Shown: one piece after another, positions 25,237 to 32,000 of the stretch | Layout of the letters: every line of letters starts with the position of its first letter | Numbering within the stretch: position 1 is the first letter of the stretch | Origin: Candidatus Saccharimonadota bacterium | Lineage (GTDB): Bacteria > Patescibacteriota > Saccharimonadia > Saccharimonadales > Saccharimonadaceae | Direction: 5' to 3' | Assembly: GCA_020160975.1 (NCBI GenBank) | Contig: JAIUPJ010000001.1 | Coordinates: 720,001 to 752,000, forward strand | Length of the DNA: 32,000 nt | Notes under the pieces: generated by a model | What the model saw: the letters and a program-made list of their open reading frames with translations, nothing else | Told to the model about the DNA's origin: nothing | Database searches by the model: none | Program-made: the position numbers and the translations under genes

Positions 25237-25284
25237 TGTCCGGAATACCACCCGCGAGATATTTCGCGAATAGTATTCCGGACA
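25237..25284. promoter_or_regulatory. nested palindromes in the island leader (candidate operator or structured leader)
   Basis: The outer palindrome is TGTCCGGAATAC (25237-25248) with GTATTCCGGACA (25273-25284). It encloses CGCGAGATATTTCGCG (25253-25268). Confidence 0.45.
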
Positions 25285-25316
25285 GCAGACCTGCTACAAA
25301 CCAGGGAAAACAGTTT

Positions 25317-25331
25317 TCTATTCATGTACTC
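25317..25331. repeat. right arm of 15-bp terminal inverted repeat
   Basis: TCTATTCATGTACTC. Confidence 0.9.
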
Positions 25332-25345
25332 TGCTACACAACAAA

Positions 25346-25392
25346 TGTGCAGCGTAGAAAACACCTAAAGCAGATGATATCTACGCTGCACA
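25346..25392. repeat. 12-bp perfect inverted repeat (hairpin) just outside the island
   Basis: TGTGCAGCGTAG-23 nt-CTACGCTGCACA. Confidence 0.6.
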
Positions 25393-25666
25393 CATAAGTG
25401 CGCAAATTACAGATAAGGTATAGCCTGATTGTTAAAACATCTCCTTTTGGCGAGTAAGCTTCCACCTCACTCACTGTGACCTCATCATATTATCACAAAA
25501 AGCATAAAAAGTCAATACATTATATAACAAAATAAACATTAACGCATTAGGGTAGCTAACAGATGCAAGGTGTGAAAATTATTGCTGTTTCAAACTGTTT
25601 ATGTAATTATAAACTTTTTGAATTATTAGTTATCATATATATGACGGAAAACATACAGATAAACGC

Positions 25667-25695
25667 TTGTGTTTTATCGTGGTTACTGGTATGAT
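25667..25695 (+). promoter_or_regulatory. putative sigma70 promoter for the 721-aa gene
   Basis: TTGTGT-17 nt-TATGAT, at the end of a ~330-bp AT-rich spacer. Confidence 0.4.
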
Positions 25696-25724
25696 TTGTG
25701 CATAAAGCACGTGTGTAAATAAAA

Positions 25725-27890
25725 ATGGAGCAAAGAGAGATGAGTGAAAAACCGCCAAAGCAGCCCGTGGCAGATGGTGATTTGTCTGAGGAAGGAAAGT
25801 CGGCCCTTAGTCGACTTGAGCAAGCATATGGAGCAGCAGGTTCCCAGATAGAAACGCAGTCGGAGACAGCTAATGTAGGAGCGAGTGTTGAGAATGAGCT
25901 GTCTAACCAAGAGCCTGTAGCGGTAGACAATGAATCATTGAGCCAAATTGCCCCAGGCGATACGGTAACCAGCTCAAAGTCAAGTAGTGATGGGTACTAT
26001 GAAGCGGGAGCAAAATATACCGTGCAAGCAGTGAAGAAGAACCAGCGCACAGGCAAATACGAGTTCCATGTCACGAATTTTGGCACAAAGGACGGTGGGC
26101 CGACAAAATCATATTTGCTGTCAGAAGATGACATCGCCGGCTACGGGCAATCTGCTGAGACTGCCGTAAGAGCTACTACCGTCATCGATGTGATTGATGG
26201 CAATGAACCCTCAGATACTAACGATGTTGTTCTTGATGGAGACCAGGGACGCGATGCGGTGGTACAGGCGGCAGAAAACGTAGTGCAAGCTGGTGTGGCT
26301 GAAGCTGACGGAACGCTTAGGGTGAGCCGCGCCGAGTCTGAGACCGCTGGTGACACAACAAATGAAACTTCCCAAGATAGCGACGAGTCACCCGAGGGGT
26401 CGGTAGGCGTCGCCACTGCCGAACAAGGAGAAAGTGTTGATGCTACTGTCGGTGGTGAACACACTGACGACGATGATGAGTCACAAGCTGCTCGTCGTCG
26501 AACTGAGATACTGCAGGGTATTCTTGATGAGAACAACGCTGCGCTCAATGAAGCGCTTACTCAAGAACAGCGGGATACCCTCGCGGCAATCGTAGCAGAG
26601 AACAACGCCGCACTCGCCGAAGTAAGTCCTCGTGAAGATGACGTACAGGCTCTTGCTGCAATTCGGACTGAGAAGTTGGCTGCAGCCGACACGGCGATGA
26701 ACGAGACTGAGCTGGGCGCAATCAATCTTCTCCAGGCGAAGTTGGCAGAATACGCCAGACGAAAAGCGGACGTTGATACGCTTGGTGGCGAGAAAACAAA
26801 AGCTTGGAAATTCTGGCAAGCAGGTCGTCAGAAACGCGGTGAAGCCCTGAAAGTGGCCGAAGAAGCCCTCTTTCAAGCTCACAACATCTATGTCGACAAG
26901 CTCATCAGAAAGCGCAAAGAAGTAGGGTTGTACGAAGAGCTAGGCGACGAGGAGCTCATGCAAGCTGTGTCTGACGATGCCTTTAGAGAACTACTCAAGC
27001 TCGATGTCGATGCGCGCAAGGCTACGCTGGAAACGCGCAAGAGCCGCGTGGATAATCGAAACATTGTCGATAAAGCGCTCGCCGGAGTTGGCAAGTTCTT
27101 GAATGGCGGTAAAGGTAAGGGCTGGATACGCAACATGGGCTCAGGATTCTTGGCAGGTACGGGCATGGCGCTTTCAGGTGCCGGGTGGCCTATTACGACG
27201 GCAATTGCTGCCGGTTTGACTGCAGGTGTACGCAGGGGGTCACGAATCAATATGCTTGATACCAGTTTAGACGATACATCCACTAAAGGGATGAGCGAAG
27301 AAGAAGTTGCATCGCGTCGCGCTGCTATGGCTCGGTCGGGTGAAAGCTTGAGTGACCAGAGAGCTCGCTTGCAAAGCGAGATGTTTGGCCGTGCACGCAC
27401 AGAGGGCAAAGAAAAGTTTGATGCGGCAGAAAAGAAGGCAAACACCAATGCCGCCAAATTCGGTGCCGGCTTTGCAGCGGGCAATCTCGGGACTCGTGGG
27501 ATAGATGCGTTGCTCAACAAAGATGCCTCAGCCAGCGCTGGGCCACAAACAGGCGGTAGCGGCGGAGAACCTGATTTGCCGAGGCCCGGTGAACAGCCGA
27601 ACCCTGGTGCTGAAGCACTCCCAAGCCCGGAGGTGGTACCTGACTTTTCGGGCATCGATGTTGGCGAGGGCTGGTACCATCAGCTAGCAGATATGGGCTA
27701 TTCTCAAGACCAAGTGCAGGCATTGTTTGCCGACCACGACCTCATGAATGAATTAGTCAACCAAGGTGCCGCCTATGTAGACAACAGCGCACTTATTGGT
27801 GGCTATGGCATCAATATGCCGGCAAGTGGCCATTTAACACAGCAGGCCATGGACACAATCCGCCAAGCTGCTGCCTCGAAGGGCTTTTAA
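25725..27890 (+). CDS. hypothetical large protein: acidic disordered N-terminus, coiled-coil middle, Gly-rich hydrophobic hairpin, C-terminal ~80-aa globular domain
   Basis: 721-aa ORF. The alternative start ATG 25740 has GGAG 8-9 nt upstream. aa 466-502 (nt ~27120-27230) read GWIRNMGSGFLAGTGMALSGAGWPITTAIAAGLTAGV. A Pro-rich linker precedes the C-terminal domain. Confidence 0.8.
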   Translation: MEQREMSEKPPKQPVADGDLSEEGKSALSRLEQAYGAAGSQIETQSETANVGASVENELSNQEPVAVDNESLSQIAPGDTVTSSKSSSDGYYEAGAKYTVQAVKKNQRTGKYEFHVTNFGTKDGGPTKSYLLSEDDIAGYGQSAETAVRATTVIDVIDGNEPSDTNDVVLDGDQGRDAVVQAAENVVQAGVAEADGTLRVSRAESETAGDTTNETSQDSDESPEGSVGVATAEQGESVDATVGGEHTDDDDESQAARRRTEILQGILDENNAALNEALTQEQRDTLAAIVAENNAALAEVSPREDDVQALAAIRTEKLAAADTAMNETELGAINLLQAKLAEYARRKADVDTLGGEKTKAWKFWQAGRQKRGEALKVAEEALFQAHNIYVDKLIRKRKEVGLYEELGDEELMQAVSDDAFRELLKLDVDARKATLETRKSRVDNRNIVDKALAGVGKFLNGGKGKGWIRNMGSGFLAGTGMALSGAGWPITTAIAAGLTAGVRRGSRINMLDTSLDDTSTKGMSEEEVASRRAAMARSGESLSDQRARLQSEMFGRARTEGKEKFDAAEKKANTNAAKFGAGFAAGNLGTRGIDALLNKDASASAGPQTGGSGGEPDLPRPGEQPNPGAEALPSPEVVPDFSGIDVGEGWYHQLADMGYSQDQVQALFADHDLMNELVNQGAAYVDNSALIGGYGINMPASGHLTQQAMDTIRQAAASKGF

Positions 27891-27912
27891 GAAAAGGGAG
27901 AAATGAAGAGAT

Positions 27913-28335
27913 ATGTTTCAGATTGATGATGAGTTCCTGACAAGTGTCGGTTACAATGTAGCGAGCTTGAGTGAGGCGCAGAAGCAGCAGTATATCGACG
28001 AGTTTACCGCGGAGGCAAATGAGCGGATTTCTGAGCGGCTAGTAAGTGAGCTCGATGACCAGCAGATTGAAGAATTTAATGAGATTCAGGAGAGTCCAGA
28101 GCGAGCCAAGAATTGGCTGAATGAATTTCATGCTGGCTACCATGACAAAGAAGAGTACAAGCAAATTCTTGAAGGTACGGGCAGCGAGGACGATGCGGCA
28201 ACATTTTATGCGGCCGCGCTGTGGATGAACGATGCGGTGCCAAAGTACGGTGAGCTGATACAAGAAGAGCTAGATAATTATCTAGCTCAGCTAGTCAAGA
28301 TGCGCGAAGCGGCAGATGCTATTGCAAGTAACTAG
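27913..28335 (+). CDS. DUF5663-like small acidic protein
   Basis: MFQIDDEFLTSVG...LSEAQKQQYIDEFTAEANERISERLVSELDDQQIEEF resembles the CPR-enriched DUF5663 family as I recall it. GGGAGAAATGAAGAG purine-rich Shine-Dalgarno region. The start is 22 nt after the upstream stop. Confidence 0.75.
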   Translation: MFQIDDEFLTSVGYNVASLSEAQKQQYIDEFTAEANERISERLVSELDDQQIEEFNEIQESPERAKNWLNEFHAGYHDKEEYKQILEGTGSEDDAATFYAAALWMNDAVPKYGELIQEELDNYLAQLVKMREAADAIASN

Positions 28336-28399
28336 ACTACATAGTATTTTCATATCTTGAAAATATGTTGTGACTTTGTTAGAGTGGGAGGAGTTGCGC

Positions 28400-28474
28400 G
28401 GTCCCATCGTCTAACGGTTAGGACACCAGGTTTTCATCCTGGCAATCCGGGTTCGATTCCCGGTGGGATCACCA
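28400..28474 (+). tRNA. tRNA-Glu (anticodon TTC)
   Basis: GGTCCCA TC GTCT AACGGTTA GGAC A CCAGG TTTTCAT CCTGG CAAT CCGGG TTCGATT CCCGG TGGGATC A CCA. Confidence 0.9.
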
Positions 28475-28481
28475 CGAAAAT

Positions 28482-28508
28482 AGCTCATCTGCAAAGATGG
28501 GCTTTTTT
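28482..28508 (+). terminator. rho-independent terminator after tRNA-Glu
   Basis: AGCTCATCT-gcaa-AGATGGGCT followed by TTTTTT. Confidence 0.65.
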
Positions 28509-28595
28509 CGTGGTGTTTCTGCTCGCAGAAAATCGAATCCGCTTGCGGTTCGCTATTGCCCGGCAGCTTGCTGAACCGGCGCAATATACCTTAGT

Positions 28596-28607
28596 ATTCC
28601 CGGTGGG
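28596..28607 (+). repeat. direct repeat of the tRNA-Glu T-arm/acceptor 3' segment
   Basis: ATTCCCGGTGGG occurs at 28456-28467 inside the tRNA and again at 28596-28607. After a single mismatch, TC also matches. Confidence 0.6.
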
Positions 28608-28709
28608 TTCGCATGCCGTCACGTGTTTCATTTGACAGTATCTAGCTGATAATTGAGCTAGGATAGCCCTATCATCAAAGCGTCTGATTTGGCGGGGTCA
28701 CGCGTCCTC

Positions 28710-29585
28710 TTAATACAGCGACTCTATCGCCTCATGTATCGATTCGATAACCACTTCGCTTCGCGCCGGCAGCTCTTCTATCTCTCCGTCGAGTTGAACG
28801 GGTAGTTTTGAAGTCGTACGAAATGTAGAGGTACTGGCGCTTCGGCTTCGTTTCGCACGGATCGCCAGCAATAGCATGTCGAGGATAAGTCGCCATTTGC
28901 CGCGGTAAGAGAGCTTGACGATGTCGAATTTGCCGTCGCTCAGTGTCGGTTTGTCGCTAAGCTTGATGATCTTTGCCATGCCGGGGATATTTGCGAATAC
29001 CAGGCTGCCGAGTCGCTTGCGCTTGCCGTCAATGATGATTTCAAATGGGGTGAAGTCGCGGAAGGTTTTGAGAATAATCTGCAGCTCCTTTACGAAGGTC
29101 AGGCTGTGCTTGTTTAACTCGATGCCGACTTCGGGGGTGATACCAAGCCCGATGTAACTGTGGGCATAGCGCTCGATGTCCTTGGTCGTGAGTCTCACGA
29201 GGTCGATGGGCTTCGGCTTGTCGCGTTTTATGAGAGTGAGCAGTGGAGTGTTGCCACGAGTAGTGCGCTTGTGGTCGTTTGCATTGCCCGCACCTATTAC
29301 CGCGACCACAGGGCGCTTTGTGTCGTCTGTCTGCCTTGCCCGCATGACACCGTTGATTACTTCGTTGTATCCACCGTCGCCGCTGACAGAAATGATAAGC
29401 GGGCGCTTGTATTGTTTGGCCACAGCGAACGCAATCTCCTCGGCGTGGCCTGCATGCGTTGTCTTGAAGAGATGAACAGTGAAGCCGGCTTTTTTTGCGG
29501 CAGTCTTGAACTGCTCGGCTTTTTCGGCAGCGTTGTTGGTGCTATTGGGGTTGTAAATAGCGATGATACGGTCAAACTGGGCCAT
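28710..29585 (-). CDS. diacylglycerol/lipid kinase family protein (DAGK_cat; YegS/BmrU-like)
   Basis: IIAIYNPNS...PLIISVSGDGGYNEVINGV...VIGAGNANDH matches the NPxSG / GGDGT / GTGND pattern of the DAGK catalytic domain. Confidence 0.82.
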   Translation of the reverse strand: MAQFDRIIAIYNPNSTNNAAEKAEQFKTAAKKAGFTVHLFKTTHAGHAEEIAFAVAKQYKRPLIISVSGDGGYNEVINGVMRARQTDDTKRPVVAVIGAGNANDHKRTTRGNTPLLTLIKRDKPKPIDLVRLTTKDIERYAHSYIGLGITPEVGIELNKHSLTFVKELQIILKTFRDFTPFEIIIDGKRKRLGSLVFANIPGMAKIIKLSDKPTLSDGKFDIVKLSYRGKWRLILDMLLLAIRAKRSRSASTSTFRTTSKLPVQLDGEIEELPARSEVVIESIHEAIESLY

Positions 29586-29640
29586 GGTAGTAGACTAAGT
29601 GTAGCAAATATATAGAGGTATGAGATGTGAAAATAATACC

Positions 29641-29667
29641 AAAACACCTCGATGATCGAGGTGTTTT
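29641..29667. terminator. bidirectional rho-independent terminator
   Basis: AAAACACCTCGA-tga-TCGAGGTGTTTT, 16 nt after the stop of the upstream minus-strand gene. Confidence 0.7.
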
Positions 29668-29682
29668 AAGAAGCTAGACTAA

Positions 29683-31488
29683 TTATTGCTCGAACCGTCG
29701 TTTGCCTTGAGCAAAGTAGACCGCACCGTAGGTGGCGACTGCAGCGATGAGCGCAAGGAAGAGACCTTTTGGTGTGGTAGTGTCAGTTGGACCGGTGTGT
29801 GGCAAGAGTTGTGGCAGTGCTTGTCCAGGAGTAACTGGCGTCACAACTGCTGGGGCTACGGGAACCTCTTGGTCGGGTGTGTCGCTATCATCACCTCCAC
29901 CACCCATGCCAGGAGCGGCAAAGTGTGTTGTTGCGCAGTCAAATACCAGATCTTGTACGAGTGTATTAATACCTGGGTTTGAAGTCCCTTGGTTAAAACC
30001 ATAGGCAAGCGCAACAGCAGCTGGATGTGTGGCAACGATGGCTGACCATGTTTGGTTTGGAACACCACTACCATTACCCCACCACTTACTGTTACCGCCC
30101 TGCAGTACATCCCATGTTTGCCAGACACCAGTTTGTACCGTACCGTTGTAGGCGGGTTCGTACACGTAGTAGGTCTGATCATTGGTCGTGGCGATGTCAC
30201 CGTCGAGGTCTACGTAGAGAACATAGGCAGCGACTTGAATTGCGTTACCGGTAGAGGTTGCTTGTCGAAGTGTTTTGTATTTCATGGTGTCGATGTCGCG
30301 AAGTGGGGTCGCGCCAGCATCGATGAGGCCCGAAACATAGCTTTCTTCATTGGGAGTAGAAAGGGTGAGTCCATCACTGGTGAACGTGTACGTACCAGCG
30401 GTGCCTGTTGGCCATGCGTCAGCTTCTGGATACTGATACTTGTCAAAAGTCCAAGGTTGAATGTAGGTATTGTTTTTGACGGTACAAGTTGTAGGTGGAG
30501 TCGCGTCCTTTCCGAAGGTCCAGGTGTAGCAACCGAACGTGAGCGAGTGAAGCACGCCATCGGCATAGACACCTGATCCAAGTGAGAAGCCAACTGCCAT
30601 AACCTTTGCCTGTGGATACGCGGCGAGGTATTGATCGAGAGTGCCATTGATTGCTGAACCACCGCCACCTACGCGTGGGAGTCCAGGGAAAGCGTCAGCG
30701 TTTTCCACAATTGAGGCGCTTGCCCACCAGTTACTTCCGTACGCGTTGGGCTCACCCACCAAGATACCGTCAGCAGTACCATCATTATTGAGGTCAACGA
30801 CAATTTGGAGACCAGGGCTGAGGCCAAAGTTTGAGGAGTAGCTCATGCTAGGAACGCCTACTTGAGACAATGCATAAGGAGTGACTGACTTATAGAGCGC
30901 TACCTTATCGGTACTCGTCTCGCCATCAGTCCAGATATGTAATCCATCGGCTGTGAATTCGTAATGACCCGTTGCTCGTGTATCTTGATAGGTATAATCA
31001 GCGAACTGTTTATACTGTGTGACCAGCGTAGTGCCGGCGCTCTGAGTACATGGTGTTATTACGGGGGTTTCGTCTGCTATGCATTGCGTCGCTGCGTCAA
31101 CGAGCGTGAGAGTAACTGAGGTCGCGTAATCTGCAAAAGTGTAAGCGGATGTTGACATCGAAAAGGTAATTGATTTCGAATTGTTTACCCAGAGTGATTC
31201 AGTTTTGGTCATGATTGCGGCATCATAGTCGGTTGTCGTGTAGGTATCGTTATTTGGACCACACACAACCACAGGCGTGATGGTTGGAGAGACTTTTTCA
31301 GCTGGAGTAACACATCCGTTATGATAGGTAGCTTGGCCTGCAAGATTCCAGTTGAGTCCTTCAAATGATTTAAACTCGTCGCCATCTTTGTAGGTAAATG
31401 GTGGGATGATATCACCCCATGGAGTAGTTGGATATACACCGATTGCACCATTCACAATGTTTGCTTCTCGATTCACTGCCGCAGACAC
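29683..31488 (-). CDS. LPxTG-type (LPHTG) surface protein with two large internal repeats; N-terminal signal peptide displaced into another frame
   Basis: The C-terminus has LPHTG, then LFLALIAAVATYGAVYFA, then QGKRRFEQ. Two ~170-aa repeats share Y.F..DGL...Y.DL..DG.....W......YP.A...A.GF..G......L.F.C. The frame stays open upstream to 31644 with no ATG, GTG or TTG before GTG 31488. Confidence 0.8.
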   Translation of the reverse strand: MSAAVNREANIVNGAIGVYPTTPWGDIIPPFTYKDGDEFKSFEGLNWNLAGQATYHNGCVTPAEKVSPTITPVVVCGPNNDTYTTTDYDAAIMTKTESLWVNNSKSITFSMSTSAYTFADYATSVTLTLVDAATQCIADETPVITPCTQSAGTTLVTQYKQFADYTYQDTRATGHYEFTADGLHIWTDGETSTDKVALYKSVTPYALSQVGVPSMSYSSNFGLSPGLQIVVDLNNDGTADGILVGEPNAYGSNWWASASIVENADAFPGLPRVGGGGSAINGTLDQYLAAYPQAKVMAVGFSLGSGVYADGVLHSLTFGCYTWTFGKDATPPTTCTVKNNTYIQPWTFDKYQYPEADAWPTGTAGTYTFTSDGLTLSTPNEESYVSGLIDAGATPLRDIDTMKYKTLRQATSTGNAIQVAAYVLYVDLDGDIATTNDQTYYVYEPAYNGTVQTGVWQTWDVLQGGNSKWWGNGSGVPNQTWSAIVATHPAAVALAYGFNQGTSNPGINTLVQDLVFDCATTHFAAPGMGGGGDDSDTPDQEVPVAPAVVTPVTPGQALPQLLPHTGPTDTTTPKGLFLALIAAVATYGAVYFAQGKRRFEQ

Positions 31489-31565
31489 AGCGATCTCTTG
31501 TGAGACATAGGGCTTAGTAGTTGAATCATCTTGGTGACAGACGTTAACCTTGTTGATGGGAGTAC

Positions 31566-31682
31566 CTAGCGCAGGTACTTCAGCAGCATAGCTGGAGCAA
31601 TCGGTAATGCTGCGACGCTCGAGAGTGCGAGTAGAAGAGCTGCACTAAAACTCGAAATACGTTGATATAATTTATTGATCAC
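31566..31682 (-). pseudogene. detached signal-peptide exon-like ORF of the LPHTG protein (frameshift)
   Basis: GGGAGA Shine-Dalgarno (31694-31689), 6 nt, then GTG 31682. Translation is (M)INKLYQRISSFSAALLLALSSVAALPIAPAMLLKYLR*. This is a textbook n/h/c signal peptide, offset by one nucleotide from the main ORF, which it overlaps at 31566-31644. Confidence 0.6.
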
Positions 31683-31799
31683 TGGATATCTCCCTTTTTT
31701 CGCAATAAACTTAATGAATTGTACGTATTTTACTCTTTGTCAACTTTATTGCAATTATGAGCATTATACTTTTCTCAGCGGCCGGACTATACTAGGGGT

Positions 31800-32000
31800 A
31801 TGGCAGAATTTGATAACACAAAATACGACCTTCCATCTGACATGGCGGGCAATAGTAAATTAAATGCACTTCGCGCAGCGGTGCTTGGAGCGAACGACGG
31901 TATCGTCAGCGTTTCGAGTGTCGCCATGGGTGTAGCAGGTGCGACGTCTGACACAAAAGCCATCACGCTAGCCGGTGTTGCGGCGCTCATCGCTGGAGCT
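31800..32000 (+). CDS. VIT1/CCC1-family (iron/manganese transporter-like) protein, 3' end cut by window edge
   Basis: Hand translation: MAEFDNTKYDLPSDMAGNSKLNALRAAVLGANDGIVSVSSVAMGVAGATSDTKAITLAGVAALIAGA. LRAAVLGANDGIVS is the VIT-family N-terminal signature. The ORF is open to the last base of the window. Confidence 0.7.
   Translation, partial: MAEFDNTKYDLPSDMAGNSKLNALRAAVLGANDGIVSVSSVAMGVAGATSDTKAITLAGVAALIAGA

Larger units (their letters stand above)
23008..25331. mobile_element. compositionally foreign (high-GC) 2.3-kb cassette bounded by a perfect 15-bp inverted repeat; no recombinase
   Basis: GAGTACATGAATAGA at 23008-23022 is the exact reverse complement of TCTATTCATGTACTC at 25317-25331. 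GC content steps up and down at these two sites, with hand-counted 60-nt lines at 60-75% inside and about 27-50% outside. Confidence 0.6.

Noticed and set aside
25237-25284. Integron attC site
   Set aside because: The palindrome lacks the RYYYAAC / GTTRRRY core sites. It lies upstream rather than downstream of the cassette ORFs, and there is no intI nearby.
23003-25336. Target-site duplication flanking the 15-bp inverted repeats
   Set aside because: The flanks read ...GAATC on the left and TGCTA... on the right, with no direct repeat of any length. A classical cut-and-paste transposition signature is therefore not supported.
22982-25364. Many long ORFs on both strands inside the high-GC island (for example 23014..23658 +, 23022..23642 +, 22982..23518 -, 23655..24410 +, 24512..25201 +, 24885..25364 -)
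   Set aside because: High GC suppresses stop codons in all frames. These ORFs give Arg/Pro/Gly-rich nonsense and lack Shine-Dalgarno sites. Only the two minus-strand frames (23079..24491 and 24509..25156) show the GC3 bias, ribosome-binding sites and a terminator.
25393-25724. Replication origin in the AT-rich spacer
   Set aside because: There is only one imperfect DnaA-box-like string (TTATCACAA), no box cluster and no dnaA or dnaN nearby. It is better explained as a promoter region.
26888-27655. 255-aa minus-strand ORF inside the 721-aa gene, and 26141..26548 (-)
   Set aside because: Antisense shadow ORFs of a biased-composition gene, with no start signals.
1-32000. CRISPR arrays, rRNA genes, transposases, integrases and reverse transcriptases
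   Set aside because: I saw no regularly spaced direct repeats and no ORF with the corresponding motifs anywhere in the window.

Overview
About 50% GC by my hand counts on sample lines, with compact operons and six tRNA genes that all encode CCA. The gene content suggests a small-genome bacterium with a Gram-positive-type envelope. My inference is a CPR/Patescibacteria, Saccharibacteria-like lineage, based on four type IV prepilin genes, two LPxTG-type surface proteins, a DUF5663-like protein and an HTH-MurA fusion. Core genes: a 5'-truncated Clp/Hsp100 ATPase, a YpfJ-like Zn peptidase, murA, glyA, murB, folD, a response regulator plus histidine kinase, a DAG/lipid kinase and a 3'-truncated VIT-family protein. 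The main finding is a 2.3-kb segment (23008-25331) at about 65-70% GC. It sits between roughly 50% GC coding sequence on its left and a 27-35% GC spacer on its right. Its edges are a perfect 15-bp inverted repeat. It carries its own palindromic leader, Shine-Dalgarno sites and hairpin terminator, and a two-gene operon with actinobacterial-style GC3 codon usage. It has no transposase or integrase. I read it as a horizontally acquired, possibly host-derived cassette of unknown function; an assembly chimera must be excluded. Other items worth a second look: a 691-aa prepilin-adhesin with an FN3-like module and three tail-fibre-like repeats; an LPHTG surface-protein gene whose signal peptide is in a different frame; tRNA-His and tRNA-Glu fragment repeats; a leaderless unknown gene inside the two-component locus; and a 721-aa acidic, coiled-coil, glycine-zipper protein paired with a DUF5663-like protein. 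I saw no CRISPR array, rRNA, transposase or integrase.
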